A stretch of DNA of 64,000 nt from Candidatus Microgenomates bacterium (GCA_016204995.1 JACQJR010000001.1:92548-156547), one strand, 5' to 3'. Shown: positions 17,659-27,449, counted from the first letter of the stretch. Program-made: numbers and translations. The notes: generated by a model from the sequence alone, not told the origin.

Positions 17659-18384
17659 CTATTGGGTTGCTACGAAGACGCCGAGAGTTTTAGTGGCCCC
17701 GTCGGATAATACTTGCCATTTGTTGCCATCCCAGACTTGCCAAATACCTACCGTCGTAATTTTACCCCTCTGGGAACTTGAGCCGCTGGTAAACACCCCG
17801 TATGGACCTGCTACTACTGTGCCGCTAGACTCGCTGGGTAAACCGCTAGTTTGCATTACCACATAAAACCCAGTCGGAGTTTTATCTAAAGTCAAAGAAA
17901 ACTTATCATCAGTAGAAGCTAACTTTTTAGTTTTAGACAATAGAGATACGCCAGTTGCCACTTTAGCCAAAACTTTACCACTACTATTGCGTAATCTCAA
18001 AGTCAAAGTAATATCTTTAACCCCTTTATCATAACGACAAACTCCGGATGAACAAGTCCCAAGAGTTAATTTACGCTCTAAACTGCTTTTCCCGCTGACA
18101 GAAACTGATCCCGGTACTCCTTGCAGTACCCCGGCCGCAGTATTGTAAACTAGCTCATAATCCAGGGTAGCCACCGCTGAATCAATGCCAGTTACTGATA
18201 AAGTTAGTTCCTGGCCAACACCATCAGGCGTTAAAGCAACATAAGGCAAGGGGATGGTGGGAACCACGACCTCATCGGTGGATGGAGTGGTATCTTTAGA
18301 ACGGAGATTAAAAATAGAAAAACCGGCGATAGCGACAACTAAGACACCTAAAATGAGTAAAAATATTGGCAGGTAGGATTTCAT
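17659..18384 (-). CDS. Hypothetical membrane-anchored extracellular protein
   Basis: N-terminal TM/signal (IFLLILGVLVVAIAGFSIF) and a Ser/Thr/Gly/Val-rich beta-type domain. Sits directly upstream of the dcw promoter region. Confidence 0.45.
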   Translation of the reverse strand: MKSYLPIFLLILGVLVVAIAGFSIFNLRSKDTTPSTDEVVVPTIPLPYVALTPDGVGQELTLSVTGIDSAVATLDYELVYNTAAGVLQGVPGSVSVSGKSSLERKLTLGTCSSGVCRYDKGVKDITLTLRLRNSSGKVLAKVATGVSLLSKTKKLASTDDKFSLTLDKTPTGFYVVMQTSGLPSESSGTVVAGPYGVFTSGSSSQRGKITTVGIWQVWDGNKWQVLSDGATKTLGVFVATQ

Positions 18385-18387
18385 AGG

Positions 18388-18500
18388 AAATTTCTAATTT
18401 TCAATTTCTAATTTCTAATGAATTTTCAATGACTCAATGTTTAAAACATTAAAAATTGATCCCGATTCAATCGGGATTGATTGAAAATTGTAAATTAAGA
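18388..18500. repeat. AT-rich intergenic repeat element (copy 3) carrying the CCCGATTCAATCGGG palindrome
   Basis: aaatttctaattttcaatttctaatttctaatg ... gatCCCGATTCAATCGGGattgattgaaaattgtaaattaagaattaaaaatt. Lies downstream of the glyQS stop. Confidence 0.55.
18461..18475. repeat. Palindrome CCCGATTCAATCGGG (family 2, intergenic copy)
   Basis: Exact 15-bp palindrome. Longer CCCCGATT(C/G)AATCGGGG copies occur at 20156-20172 and 32111-32127. Confidence 0.75.
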
Positions 18501-18523
18501 ATTAAAAATTATTACTTTTCTAA

Positions 18524-19816
18524 CTATTCACTATTTCGTAATTTCTTGTCAAGTACTTCTTTTAATTGATCAACGCTAACTCTCTCTTGTTTAGTGGTAT
18601 CACGATCGCGAATAGTGACCGTATTATCTTCTAAAGTTTGATAATCAATTGTTACGCACCAAGGTGTCCCAATTTCATCTTGAGCGTAATATCGCTTGCC
18701 GATATTACCCCGTTCGTCAAAAAAAGTCGGATAGTTGGTACTTATGAGTTCATAGACAGAATGGGCTTTTTCAACTATTTCCGGCTTATTAGCCACCAAC
18801 GGGAATACTGCCACTTTGTAAGGAGCTACTTTTGGATTTAATTTGAGGATCATCCGGTCGCCATCTTCAGTATAAGCAGATAGTAATATGGTCAAAAAGG
18901 TTCTGCCGACTCCAAAAGTTGGTTCTACCACATGCGGGAAAAACTTTTCTCCGGTTTGCGGATCTTCGTATTGCAAATCCTGGCCAGATTTAGCAGTATG
19001 ATTTTTCAAGTCAAAATCAGTCCGGTAAGCTAAGCCATATAGTTCTCCCCAGCCAAAAGGAAATTCAAACTCAATATCTTCTGTCCTCTTTGAATAATGT
19101 GATAATTCATCATGGCCGTGAGCCCGCCACTTTAGTCTATCTTTATCTACACCCACATCCAGCAACCACTGCCACATTCTATTTTTCCATTCTTCAAATT
19201 CTTTTTCCCAACTATCAGGCCGGACAAACCATTCAATTTCCATCTGTTCAAATTCCAAAGTCCTAAAAATAAAATTGCCTGGAGTAATCTCGTTTCTGAA
19301 AGCCTTACCAATTTGAGCAATACCAAAAGGCAAGGTGGGCCGTTCGGTAATTAAAATATTTTTAAAGTTCACAAACATTCCTTGAGCAGTTTCCGGCCGC
19401 AAGTATGCAATACTGCCTTGCTCTTCCACCGGCCCGATAAAAGTTTTAAACATTAAATTAAACAGTTTTGCCTCTGCCAGCTCCCCGCTGCATTCCGGAC
19501 ATTTGTTACTATCTATGTGATCTGCCCGAAATCTTTTATGACAAGATTTACATTCTACCAATGGATCAGTAAATGAAGCGATATGTCCCGAAGCTTCCCA
19601 AACTTTAGGATTAGAAATGATGCCGGAATCCAAGGGAAAAACATTATCCCGCCTATCCACAAAACTATCCCACCAAAGTTTCTTAATATTAGCCAGCATC
19701 CGCGCTCCCAACGGGCCATAATCCCAAGTATTAGCCATCCCACCGTAAATTTCCGACCCCGGATAAACAAATCCCCGCCGCTTACACAAAGATACAATTT
19801 TGTCCATAGAAACCAT
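18524..19816 (-). CDS. glyQS: Glycine--tRNA ligase (dimeric class II form)
   Basis: N-terminus IVSLCKRRGFVYPGSEIYGGMANTWDYGPLG and the class II motif 2/3 region; 430 aa. Confidence 0.9.
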   Translation of the reverse strand: MVSMDKIVSLCKRRGFVYPGSEIYGGMANTWDYGPLGARMLANIKKLWWDSFVDRRDNVFPLDSGIISNPKVWEASGHIASFTDPLVECKSCHKRFRADHIDSNKCPECSGELAEAKLFNLMFKTFIGPVEEQGSIAYLRPETAQGMFVNFKNILITERPTLPFGIAQIGKAFRNEITPGNFIFRTLEFEQMEIEWFVRPDSWEKEFEEWKNRMWQWLLDVGVDKDRLKWRAHGHDELSHYSKRTEDIEFEFPFGWGELYGLAYRTDFDLKNHTAKSGQDLQYEDPQTGEKFFPHVVEPTFGVGRTFLTILLSAYTEDGDRMILKLNPKVAPYKVAVFPLVANKPEIVEKAHSVYELISTNYPTFFDERGNIGKRYYAQDEIGTPWCVTIDYQTLEDNTVTIRDRDTTKQERVSVDQLKEVLDKKLRNSE

Positions 19817-19819
19817 AAA

Positions 19820-20050
19820 TTATTGTTTTCTTGGAGTAATCAACATCCACATATCTACCATCTCAGCATCATCAGGAAACTCGTAAGCTGTTATGATGGT
19901 AATTTTCGCGCCTGGTAAATTTCGCAAACCCCTAGCTCTCACCAGTCTAACACAAAGCTCTTGCGGCAAAAAAGCTGGAATGGTACGTAACTCACCCGAT
20001 CTTTCCCTAAACGTCACCCAAGTATCAACTATTCTTTCCTGTCTATACAT
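19820..20050 (-). CDS. Hypothetical small protein
   Basis: 76-aa ORF ending 3 nt before the glyQS start. No recognisable motif. Confidence 0.3.
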   Translation of the reverse strand: MYRQERIVDTWVTFRERSGELRTIPAFLPQELCVRLVRARGLRNLPGAKITIITAYEFPDDAEMVDMWMLITPRKQ

Positions 20051-20074
20051 AAGTTTAGTATATCATTACCATAT

Positions 20075-20635
20075 CTAATTTAAAAACTTTAGAAATCTTC
20101 TGGTGCGAAGTCTCGCTTGGATTAAATTCTCAATAGTGGCATCTACATCAGCTTGCCCCGATTCAATCGGGGCTGACGGGTGCAAAAATCCTAAATCGGT
20201 CAATATGGCTTTTTTAAAGCGAATCACAAATTCAGCCATCCGGCTATAATCAATCTTGGTTAAATAGTTAAAAGCACTTTCCAGAATTTCATAAACCTTT
20301 TTTTGCTCCTGCTCTTCCCGCGTTAATTTATTAACCACTTCAGCCAAATGATAGGCAATGCCGACTTTGGCTAAATCTTTGCGCCATTCGTTGAAATTAT
20401 TTTTTACCTCTACTTCGGTAATAATATTAAAAGTTTTGCCCCGGGCCAAAAAAATACTTACTTGATTAAATAACTCTACACTGCCGCGCTTACGGCTCGT
20501 CGGTCTGCGCACGCCTTTGGCAATCACCCGCAGTTTCCCCTGCTGTTCAGAAAAAATTGTCAAAAGCCTGTCTGCCTCACCAATATTCCTTCTTGCCAAA
20601 ATAATCGCTTCTAGTTTATAGCTTCTTTGTTTCAT
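20075..20635 (-). CDS. recO: DNA repair protein RecO (short form)
   Basis: N-terminal OB-fold region LEAIILARRNIGEADRLLTIFSEQQGKLRVIAKGVRR matches the RecO signature. Carries an in-frame CCCCGATTCAATCGGGG copy (SAPIESGQ). Confidence 0.65.
   Translation of the reverse strand: MKQRSYKLEAIILARRNIGEADRLLTIFSEQQGKLRVIAKGVRRPTSRKRGSVELFNQVSIFLARGKTFNIITEVEVKNNFNEWRKDLAKVGIAYHLAEVVNKLTREEQEQKKVYEILESAFNYLTKIDYSRMAEFVIRFKKAILTDLGFLHPSAPIESGQADVDATIENLIQARLRTRRFLKFLN
20156..20172. repeat. Palindrome CCCCGATTCAATCGGGG (family 2) in-frame within recO
   Basis: Exact 17-bp palindrome; translated as PIESG on the minus strand. Confidence 0.75.
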
Positions 20636-20649
20636 AAAATTTATCTACC

Positions 20650-21408
20650 CTAAGAACAGTTTTTGGCTTTACGCCAGCCGGCGGCCACTGCTTCAACTTC
20701 TGTACAAAACCAACGCTCACCACTTTCCGTATTAATCATTGTTTTATCATAACTTTTACAACCGAGTAAATGATAAATTTTATCGCCACTAGCGCTGATA
20801 TTACCCTTGATTAGGCAGTTGGGCGATTGGCCTGCCTGCGCAGGCAGGGCTGTTGGGTCATTAGATTCTTGAATTACACCTTGTACTTGGCAGAAATCGC
20901 TCGCCCATAAACCGCGGCCGGCTTCCCTTGCTTCTTCTTCAGCAACTAAAAATTTATCTTTATATTTTACATCAGGTGGAAAAGTAGAAACGCGCGCCAT
21001 GCCTAACCTAATTAACTCTTCATTTACCATTAAATTATCTACATAAACGTATCTTAACAATCTACCGTATTTGTCCGTTTCTGAAATATCTTTTTCTAGT
21101 CTGACTTTTTTGCCCAACACCAGCTCTTTATTTTTCCTGGTGGACTCTTCTACCCCACATTTTCCGCTCTCTGGCGTATCCATACCGATATAACGAAGTT
21201 TTTTCCCGCCTTCTATCTCAATGGTATCTCCGTCAATAATTCGTGTTACCGCAACAAATTGACTGGCGATCGCAGAAGTATCTGTGGCACTAGGAACAAC
21301 TGAATTAGTAGGAAAGCTGGGAGATTTCTGATCGCGACTTTCGCCCCATAAAATAAAAGCGGCCAAGATGCTGATAATCCCGACTGCGGCTAGAAGTTTT
21401 TCTCTCAC
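20650..21408 (-). CDS. Secreted thermonuclease (staphylococcal-nuclease/SNase fold) with a Cys-containing C-terminal extension
   Basis: N-terminal TM/signal. SNase motifs VTRIIDGDTIEI, LRYIGMDTPE, YGRLLRYVYV, AREAGRGLW. C-terminal CxxxGNISASGDKIYHLLGCKSY...WFCTEVEA domain. An 18-bp palindrome sits in the linker (ALPAQAGQ). Confidence 0.8.
   Translation of the reverse strand: MREKLLAAVGIISILAAFILWGESRDQKSPSFPTNSVVPSATDTSAIASQFVAVTRIIDGDTIEIEGGKKLRYIGMDTPESGKCGVEESTRKNKELVLGKKVRLEKDISETDKYGRLLRYVYVDNLMVNEELIRLGMARVSTFPPDVKYKDKFLVAEEEAREAGRGLWASDFCQVQGVIQESNDPTALPAQAGQSPNCLIKGNISASGDKIYHLLGCKSYDKTMINTESGERWFCTEVEAVAAGWRKAKNCS
20831..20848. repeat. 18-bp palindrome CCTGCCTGCGCAGGCAGG, copy in the nuclease CDS linker (LPAQAG)
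   Basis: Exact 18-mer. Confidence 0.8.
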
Positions 21409-23438
21409 TACAGCCCAAATCTTAATATCTGATCAGTTTGCAGCTGGAATTCCTTGGTTTGACCATCTGCCTGGACAGTGTAATGAAAGGCAGGAGTACC
21501 TGGCTGCTTTTGAATTAACAATGTGTAATCTTTAGTTTTCAAAGGCACTTCATATTCAAGATTTATTTTAGCTACACCTTGGGGTCTCAACTCAAAAAAT
21601 CCACCAAAAACACTTTTACTCAAATCTTCCGACACGCTTTCATCTTTAAGACCGGAATTTTTAATAACTTTAGTGCCGGCTGGTAAATAAACTCTCACAT
21701 AATCTCGTTGTACGCTGTTGAGCCATCCATCATCTTTTTGGGGATTTTTATAGGTAATCTCCAATTGGTGCATAATTTTATCACCACTCTTTTTAATATT
21801 ATCCGTAACTTCCTGTTGAATATAAAGGTTAGACTTGCGACCACCTAAATTAGAATCAACAATAGCCAGATAATCGCCATTAGTATCTTTCAAACGGCCA
21901 GCAATATTAAAGGCCTCCAAAGCTTTTTGACTATCTTCGTCAAACATATAAAACAAAATATGTTTGCCCTGTAAATTAGTCAGAATGGTCTGGAAGAGAT
22001 CAGCCACTTTATCTTTCGGTTGAGCCATGACATTGGCCATAATGGAATTAACTAGAGGACCAACGATGCCTTTCCTGTTATCCAACAATCTGCCATAAAC
22101 AATTTTACCGGTATTGGGATCCCACACCACCGGTCCCTCAATATCCGCGTAAGTTTCCAATTCATAAATGACTTGTGGACAGCTGCAGCGTTTATCAGTT
22201 TCGGCCGAATAGTTACCGTAACCAGGCACACCAATTTTACCTACCACATTTAACAGACCGACCAACACCTCTGTATCAACAGCGATCACCCCGTCAATAT
22301 TTTTAATTCCGGCTGTAGCTGCCTCCTTAGTAAATAAATCCATCGCCACTTTAAAATCAGGCGACCAATTCATATCTCGTAAAGGCCAAATTTTGGAATG
22401 AGTATAGGGCACTCCGGGAGGTCCCCCTAAATATTTAATCAGCTGGGCTGGAGCTTCCAAGCGCGGTTTATAACGATCATCTAAATTATAAATATCATTA
22501 GAAGAGACTGTATCCATTTTGCCGTTTTTAACTTTCATTAATGAGTAGGCTGTCATAAAACCGCCGGTAGGACGCAATTCTTTATCATTTTGGAATAAAA
22601 CCAGGTAAGTTTTGGTGGTTTTGGTACCTAATAAATCTGGCAGACGCTCAAGCAATGGCTTGCCATCAATCAAGAAGGTGGTACCGCTATCCAATAAAGT
22701 GACTATTTCCTGGACATTTTCCCGCACCTTTTTACCCTGGAAATTTTCGGGATAGCGGGCAGGATCAACGGTTCGCACGGCATCCCTTGCTACTTGTAAA
22801 TGAGAGGCCACCTCATCCAGCTTTGGCAAAATGGCTGGCAGAGATTTCACAATAAAATCAATCCTGTCGGAGGCGGTTTTAGCTCCCTCCCCGCCCGGTT
22901 CGTCACCCTTTTTAAAACCTAAAAAATCAATATAGGGTTCAATGGCAGGGATTAAGATATTACCGGCGGCGATTGATTCTTTGCCGGCTTTGACTAACTG
23001 TTTGCCGTCCTGCCAATAGCTGCCTAGAACCGGAATCGGCCGCAGCCAAATCAGAGGGGCTAAGCTTTTATCTACATTATCTAAATCGTGATTTAATTGC
23101 CCTAAACTATCTTGGACTGCCTTTGCATCTTGTTTTTGAACTGCGTCTTGGACGGTGCGGGCCGACACCATCAGTTTATTAGCCGCCTTGGCCACGCCCA
23201 TGGCCGGCAAAACTAGAAAGAGAATTAAAAATATGGCCAGTCCACCTATGATGGCTAAAGGCAACCATAGTTTTTTCTTTTTCAAAAAGGGTTTAGTTGG
23301 CTGATTAATTTTCATTTTATTGTTAGTTGTGGGCAAATCTGTAACAATGGGAGCAGGACTGACTATTTCAGTTTCTGTTGTTTGATCAATATTTTCTTTT
23401 GCCAGTAAATTTTCTCCTAACGGGTCAGACTTTTTCAT
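21408..23438 (-). CDS. Large membrane-anchored extracellular protein, DUF4012-like (hypothetical)
   Basis: 676 aa. Single N-proximal TM (LWLPLAIIGGLAIFLILFLVLPA) and a PLIWLRPIPVLGSYWQDG region reminiscent of DUF4012 proteins found next to polysaccharide loci. Family name is from memory only. Confidence 0.45.
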   Translation of the reverse strand: MKKSDPLGENLLAKENIDQTTETEIVSPAPIVTDLPTTNNKMKINQPTKPFLKKKKLWLPLAIIGGLAIFLILFLVLPAMGVAKAANKLMVSARTVQDAVQKQDAKAVQDSLGQLNHDLDNVDKSLAPLIWLRPIPVLGSYWQDGKQLVKAGKESIAAGNILIPAIEPYIDFLGFKKGDEPGGEGAKTASDRIDFIVKSLPAILPKLDEVASHLQVARDAVRTVDPARYPENFQGKKVRENVQEIVTLLDSGTTFLIDGKPLLERLPDLLGTKTTKTYLVLFQNDKELRPTGGFMTAYSLMKVKNGKMDTVSSNDIYNLDDRYKPRLEAPAQLIKYLGGPPGVPYTHSKIWPLRDMNWSPDFKVAMDLFTKEAATAGIKNIDGVIAVDTEVLVGLLNVVGKIGVPGYGNYSAETDKRCSCPQVIYELETYADIEGPVVWDPNTGKIVYGRLLDNRKGIVGPLVNSIMANVMAQPKDKVADLFQTILTNLQGKHILFYMFDEDSQKALEAFNIAGRLKDTNGDYLAIVDSNLGGRKSNLYIQQEVTDNIKKSGDKIMHQLEITYKNPQKDDGWLNSVQRDYVRVYLPAGTKVIKNSGLKDESVSEDLSKSVFGGFFELRPQGVAKINLEYEVPLKTKDYTLLIQKQPGTPAFHYTVQADGQTKEFQLQTDQILRFGL

Positions 23439-23471
23439 AATTAATTATATCCTATTTCTCACTTTCTTTGC

Positions 23472-23498
23472 CAGACTTTCTTTCTTAAAGAAAGTCTG
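23472..23498. other. Perfect 12-bp-stem hairpin CAGACTTTCTTT-ctt-AAAGAAAGTCTG between the DUF4012-like gene and the sugar transferase gene
   Basis: Read directly from the sequence. No U-run on either side. Possible RNA processing/stability element or factor-dependent terminator. Confidence 0.3.
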
Positions 23499-23502
23499 AA
23501 TG

Positions 23503-24141
23503 TTATACCGCTCCCTTACCTGTCAGCATAATCCAAGGACTCTTTAATAATATCACAAAATCAAGCCATAAAGATTTGCTTCTGGCATATTTGGCATCCA
23601 TCCGAATCCTTTTATCAAAATTGACTTCAGAGCGGCCGGATACTTGCCACAAACCGGTAATGCCGGGGCGGATTGAAATTACCTCTTTAACTAACTGGCT
23701 AGTTTCGGGATATTTCTTCTGCTGTTCTACTAGCTCATCTTCATAATAAGGCCGCGGCCCGATCAAACTCATTTCTCCATTTAGGACATTAAAAAGCTGC
23801 GGCAGCTCATCCAAAGAATGATGACGTAAAAAATTTCCCACCGGCGTAATTCGGGGATCATTTCTCAATTTATAGCTGGATTTTTTGTATTCATCGTATA
23901 ATTTTTTAAACTTGGGATCGTGAGTTAATAAATCATGAGCATTAGCGATCATAGAGCGAAACTTATACAACCTGAACAATTCTCCATCTTTTCCTACCCG
24001 CAAGGGTGTTTGGGCGAGTATCGGCCCCGGCGAAGTAAATTTTATTAGAAAAGCAATTAAAAGCATGAAGGGAGAAAAAATAAGGAGTAAAATAATGGCT
24101 AAAGTTACATCCAATACTCGTTTAATAGAGTCGTAAAACAT
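23503..24141 (-). CDS. Initiating polyprenyl-phosphate sugar phosphotransferase (small 'bacterial sugar transferase', WbaP/PglC-like)
   Basis: VLDVTLAIILLLIFSPFMLLIAFLIKFTSPGPILAQTPLRVGKDGELFRLYKFRSM is the hallmark of the bacterial sugar transferase family. Confidence 0.88.
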   Translation of the reverse strand: MFYDSIKRVLDVTLAIILLLIFSPFMLLIAFLIKFTSPGPILAQTPLRVGKDGELFRLYKFRSMIANAHDLLTHDPKFKKLYDEYKKSSYKLRNDPRITPVGNFLRHHSLDELPQLFNVLNGEMSLIGPRPYYEDELVEQQKKYPETSQLVKEVISIRPGITGLWQVSGRSEVNFDKRIRMDAKYARSKSLWLDFVILLKSPWIMLTGKGAV

Positions 24142-24143
24142 AT

Positions 24144-25253
24144 CTAGAGAAATTCTTCCTCTTTTTCTTTTTTCAATTTATTTACCAGTTCTTTAACTTT
24201 TTCTGTCTGATTTTTATCAGCAATTAGGATAGCATCTTTAGTCTCAATCACAATTATATCCTTTAAACCAATTGTGGCAATTAACAGCTTTTCTGTCTGT
24301 ACCAAAGAATTCTCCGTCTCTAAATTTAACCAACGGCCTCTGCCGTTTAATTTCAAAGTCACATTTCCCTGATGGTCTTTTTTACTTAAAGCCCAAACCA
24401 CTTCCCAATCCCCCACGTCATGCCAATCAAAATCAGCCGCCAGCATCAAGAAATTTTTGGCTTTTTCCGAAACTGCATAATCAATGGAAATAGTTTCTAT
24501 TGACCGATAGGTTTTGGCAATCACTTCTCGCTCGTTAGATTGACCAATGGTTTGTTCCACCATCTCCAGACCATGACCAATTTTCGGAGCGTGTTTTTTG
24601 AGAGCCGCCATTAAAGTATCTGCTCGCCAGACATAAAAATTACCGTTCCAATAATACTGACCAGAAGCAGTAAATTTTTTGGCCAGAGTCAAGGGTGGTT
24701 TCTCTATAAACTTATCTACTCGGTAAACTGCCTTACCATCTATTCTATGTTCTATTTTGCCAGTTTTAATATGGCCCATGCCTACGTGAGGAAAATCCGG
24801 TTTCTTACCAATGGCTACCAACTCTTTAGTTTGATCTGCTGCTTCGGCTGCTACTTTTAAAGTATGGATGTAGGCTTCTAGGGGCTTGACTACATGATCC
24901 GATGACTCGTTAACTATCACAGCGTTGGGATCAATACTATGAATATAGGCTGCGGCCAAACCATGGGCAATCGCTGTTCCTCTAGCTTCCGGCTCTACTA
25001 AAATATGCTCCTCGCTCACTTTAGGCAATTCTTTTCTCACTTCTCGGCCGTAAAGCGGATTAGTAGTAACTATCCAAATTCTCTCCCAAGGCACTAATTC
25101 ACTAAATCTAGCAGCAGCCTGCTGTAATAAAGTTTGGTTGCCAAATAATTTAATAAATTGCTTGGGATTTTTCTTACGGGAGAGAGGCCAAAGCCTGGTA
25201 CCGCCGCCGCCGGCTAAAATGACAGCGAAAAGATGATCCTTAAGATTACTCAT
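24144..25253 (-). CDS. manC: Mannose-1-phosphate guanylyltransferase (nucleotidyltransferase only, no PMI domain)
   Basis: AVILAGGGGTRLWPLSRKKNPKQF signature of GDP-mannose pyrophosphorylase. Confidence 0.8.
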   Translation of the reverse strand: MSNLKDHLFAVILAGGGGTRLWPLSRKKNPKQFIKLFGNQTLLQQAAARFSELVPWERIWIVTTNPLYGREVRKELPKVSEEHILVEPEARGTAIAHGLAAAYIHSIDPNAVIVNESSDHVVKPLEAYIHTLKVAAEAADQTKELVAIGKKPDFPHVGMGHIKTGKIEHRIDGKAVYRVDKFIEKPPLTLAKKFTASGQYYWNGNFYVWRADTLMAALKKHAPKIGHGLEMVEQTIGQSNEREVIAKTYRSIETISIDYAVSEKAKNFLMLAADFDWHDVGDWEVVWALSKKDHQGNVTLKLNGRGRWLNLETENSLVQTEKLLIATIGLKDIIVIETKDAILIADKNQTEKVKELVNKLKKEKEEEFL

Positions 25254-26343
25254 TAATTAGTCTTTTAAATTTTTGCACAAACATTCTTTGCGAAAATCTT
25301 CTCGTATGGGCCTGAATAATTTTAACATCATAATTTTCTCTCTTAAAATTTTTGATTGTGCGCGCTAAACTCTCCACAGTTTGCTCTGTAAAAAATTCTC
25401 CGGTTTTCCCGGCTACTACCGTTTCTAAGGCTCCGCCGCCTTTATAGGCAATGACTGGCGTACCGCACATCTGCGCCTCAACGGCCACTATACCAAAATC
25501 TTCCTCTTGGGGGAAGATTAAAACCTGTGCCTTTTTATAGTACGCAACAAGTTCACTATCTGTCAAATGACCGGCAAAGTAAATATTGTTCTTGGCCATT
25601 TTTGATAATTTTCTATATTGGCTGCCTGTTCCCACAATTACCAGAGGCCAACCTAATTTATTAAAAGTTTTAACCACCAAATCTATTCTTTTATAAGATA
25701 CGAGTCGAGAAACCACTAAGAAATAGTTTTTAGATTTTAGATTTTGGATTTTAGATTTCTTACTAAACTCTAAGCTCAAACCTCTAACATCTAAATTCAC
25801 CGGCGGGTACACCACCTTTGACTTGCGTCCATAGTATTTATCTACTCTATTTCGCACCGCCTCGGAAATCGCCACCATCTCATCCGGCCTTTGCGCCGCC
25901 ATCTTATCCCAACTTTTTAGATATGAAAGCAGCCATTTGATGAAGAAACGCTTGATTCTATTGTGGAAATAAATTTCGTGTCCGCTCCATAGATATCTGG
26001 TGGGGGTCAAACAATAACAAATATGGCGGGTGCCGGGGTGAGTAATAATTCCCTTGGCCGCCTCACTGGTAACGGAAATTACTAAGTCATATTCAGAGAA
26101 ATCAAATTGTTCAAAGGCCAGGGGCATCAGCAGAGCTAGCCATTCATGATGTTCCCGAATCAAAGGAATTTTTTGTAAAAATGAAGTATAAACCTGCGGA
26201 AAAACTTGCGCCCACGGTGCATATTTGGCAGAATAAACCGAGGTATAAAGCGGAGCCTTAGGAAATATGTCATGTAGGGCCAGTAATACTCTTTCAGCAC
26301 CACCCCACTTATTCACCCGATCATAAACAATCGCAACTTTCAT
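25246..26343 (-). CDS. Glycosyltransferase family 4 (GT-B)
   Basis: C-terminal EDFGIVAVEAQMCGTPVIAYKGGGALETV (E-x7-E region). Contains an in-frame tandem heptamer repeat at 25731-25759. Confidence 0.85.
   Translation of the reverse strand: MKVAIVYDRVNKWGGAERVLLALHDIFPKAPLYTSVYSAKYAPWAQVFPQVYTSFLQKIPLIREHHEWLALLMPLAFEQFDFSEYDLVISVTSEAAKGIITHPGTRHICYCLTPTRYLWSGHEIYFHNRIKRFFIKWLLSYLKSWDKMAAQRPDEMVAISEAVRNRVDKYYGRKSKVVYPPVNLDVRGLSLEFSKKSKIQNLKSKNYFLVVSRLVSYKRIDLVVKTFNKLGWPLVIVGTGSQYRKLSKMAKNNIYFAGHLTDSELVAYYKKAQVLIFPQEEDFGIVAVEAQMCGTPVIAYKGGGALETVVAGKTGEFFTEQTVESLARTIKNFKRENYDVKIIQAHTRRFSQRMFVQKFKRLINE
25731..25759. repeat. Tandem heptamer repeat (TAGATTTT/AGATTTT/GGATTTT/AGATTT) in-frame inside the GT4 gene
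   Basis: tagattttagattttggattttagatttc. Minus-strand translation gives KIQNLKSKN in the inter-domain linker. Confidence 0.6.
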
Positions 26344-27449
26344 TCATTTGCCACTTTATTGTAGGTTGATAAAGTTTCTTGAACCATTTTCTTCCAACTA
26401 AAACTGGCAGCTCTTTTATAACCCAATCTAATTTTTTGGGCAAGGAGTTTTTTGTTTGATAAAGTTTCCTTAATAACTTTTGCTATATCTGCCGGATCGT
26501 TTTGATTAAAAAAAGTGGCAGCTTCGCCGTAGACTTCATGAAAGACTGGGATGTCAGAAACTATCACTGGACAGCCCAAATTCATCGCCTCCAGTGGCGG
26601 GATACCAAAGCCTTCCATTCGCGAAGCAGTCACTGAAGCGGAAGCAAAATAATACCAGGCACCAATTTGATTGTTATCCACTGCCCCTATTATTTCTACC
26701 TTATCCTGTAAATTTTGCTTTTTAACAAACTCCTCTATTTTAGGATAGAAAAATTTATCGCTGCCCACTAGCACTAATTTAAAATTAGGAATATCCTTCA
26801 TTGCCAAAACTAGACTTTCTACATTTTTATGCGGATGAACATTACCCACATATAAAATATAAGGCGCGAGCTTTTTCATTTGATTAAATTGACTCCCGGT
26901 AAACTTTTTTCTGATATCATCAATTTCTCCAGACTCATAAGTGACCACGATTTTATTTGGATCTACCGAGTAATGATCAACAATTTCACTTTTAGCGTCA
27001 TTGGATAAAGTAAAAATAGTGCGGGCGCGTCTAGTGGCAATCCATAACACGACGTGATATCCCAGTCTTTTAATTAAATAAAACCAATACGGGAGTGTAG
27101 AAGCTTTGCCAGTTTTATAATGGTCAAAAATTAAATCGTGAATTGTCACCACAAATTTTTTAGGATAAAAAATAGGGAAAGAAAAATAGGGAAAATGCAG
27201 TAAGTCTAAATTTTCGCGGTTAAAAACTTGCGGCAGATAAACTTGCTCAGCTAAAGTATGCCAATGAATATTAGTTTCAACTTTGCGCCACTTGGAATTA
27301 GGCATTTCTAAAGTGTCAAATTCCTGCTTTCCTAAAAACCAGACATATTCATTTTCTTGATCCAGTTCGGGTAGATATTTAAATAAACTCCTAATATACC
27401 GTCCCACCCCCGTCTCATTCCATAATCTACCATCAATACCAATCCGCAT
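26340..27449 (-). CDS. Glycosyltransferase family 4 (GT-B)
   Basis: EGFGIPPLEAMNLGCPVIVSDIPVFHEV motif. Confidence 0.85.
   Translation of the reverse strand: MRIGIDGRLWNETGVGRYIRSLFKYLPELDQENEYVWFLGKQEFDTLEMPNSKWRKVETNIHWHTLAEQVYLPQVFNRENLDLLHFPYFSFPIFYPKKFVVTIHDLIFDHYKTGKASTLPYWFYLIKRLGYHVVLWIATRRARTIFTLSNDAKSEIVDHYSVDPNKIVVTYESGEIDDIRKKFTGSQFNQMKKLAPYILYVGNVHPHKNVESLVLAMKDIPNFKLVLVGSDKFFYPKIEEFVKKQNLQDKVEIIGAVDNNQIGAWYYFASASVTASRMEGFGIPPLEAMNLGCPVIVSDIPVFHEVYGEAATFFNQNDPADIAKVIKETLSNKKLLAQKIRLGYKRAASFSWKKMVQETLSTYNKVANE

Noticed and set aside
19555-19918. ORFs 19555..19797(-) and 19583..19918(+) within or antisense to glyQS
   Set aside because: They are shadow ORFs inside a strongly supported glycyl-tRNA synthetase gene.
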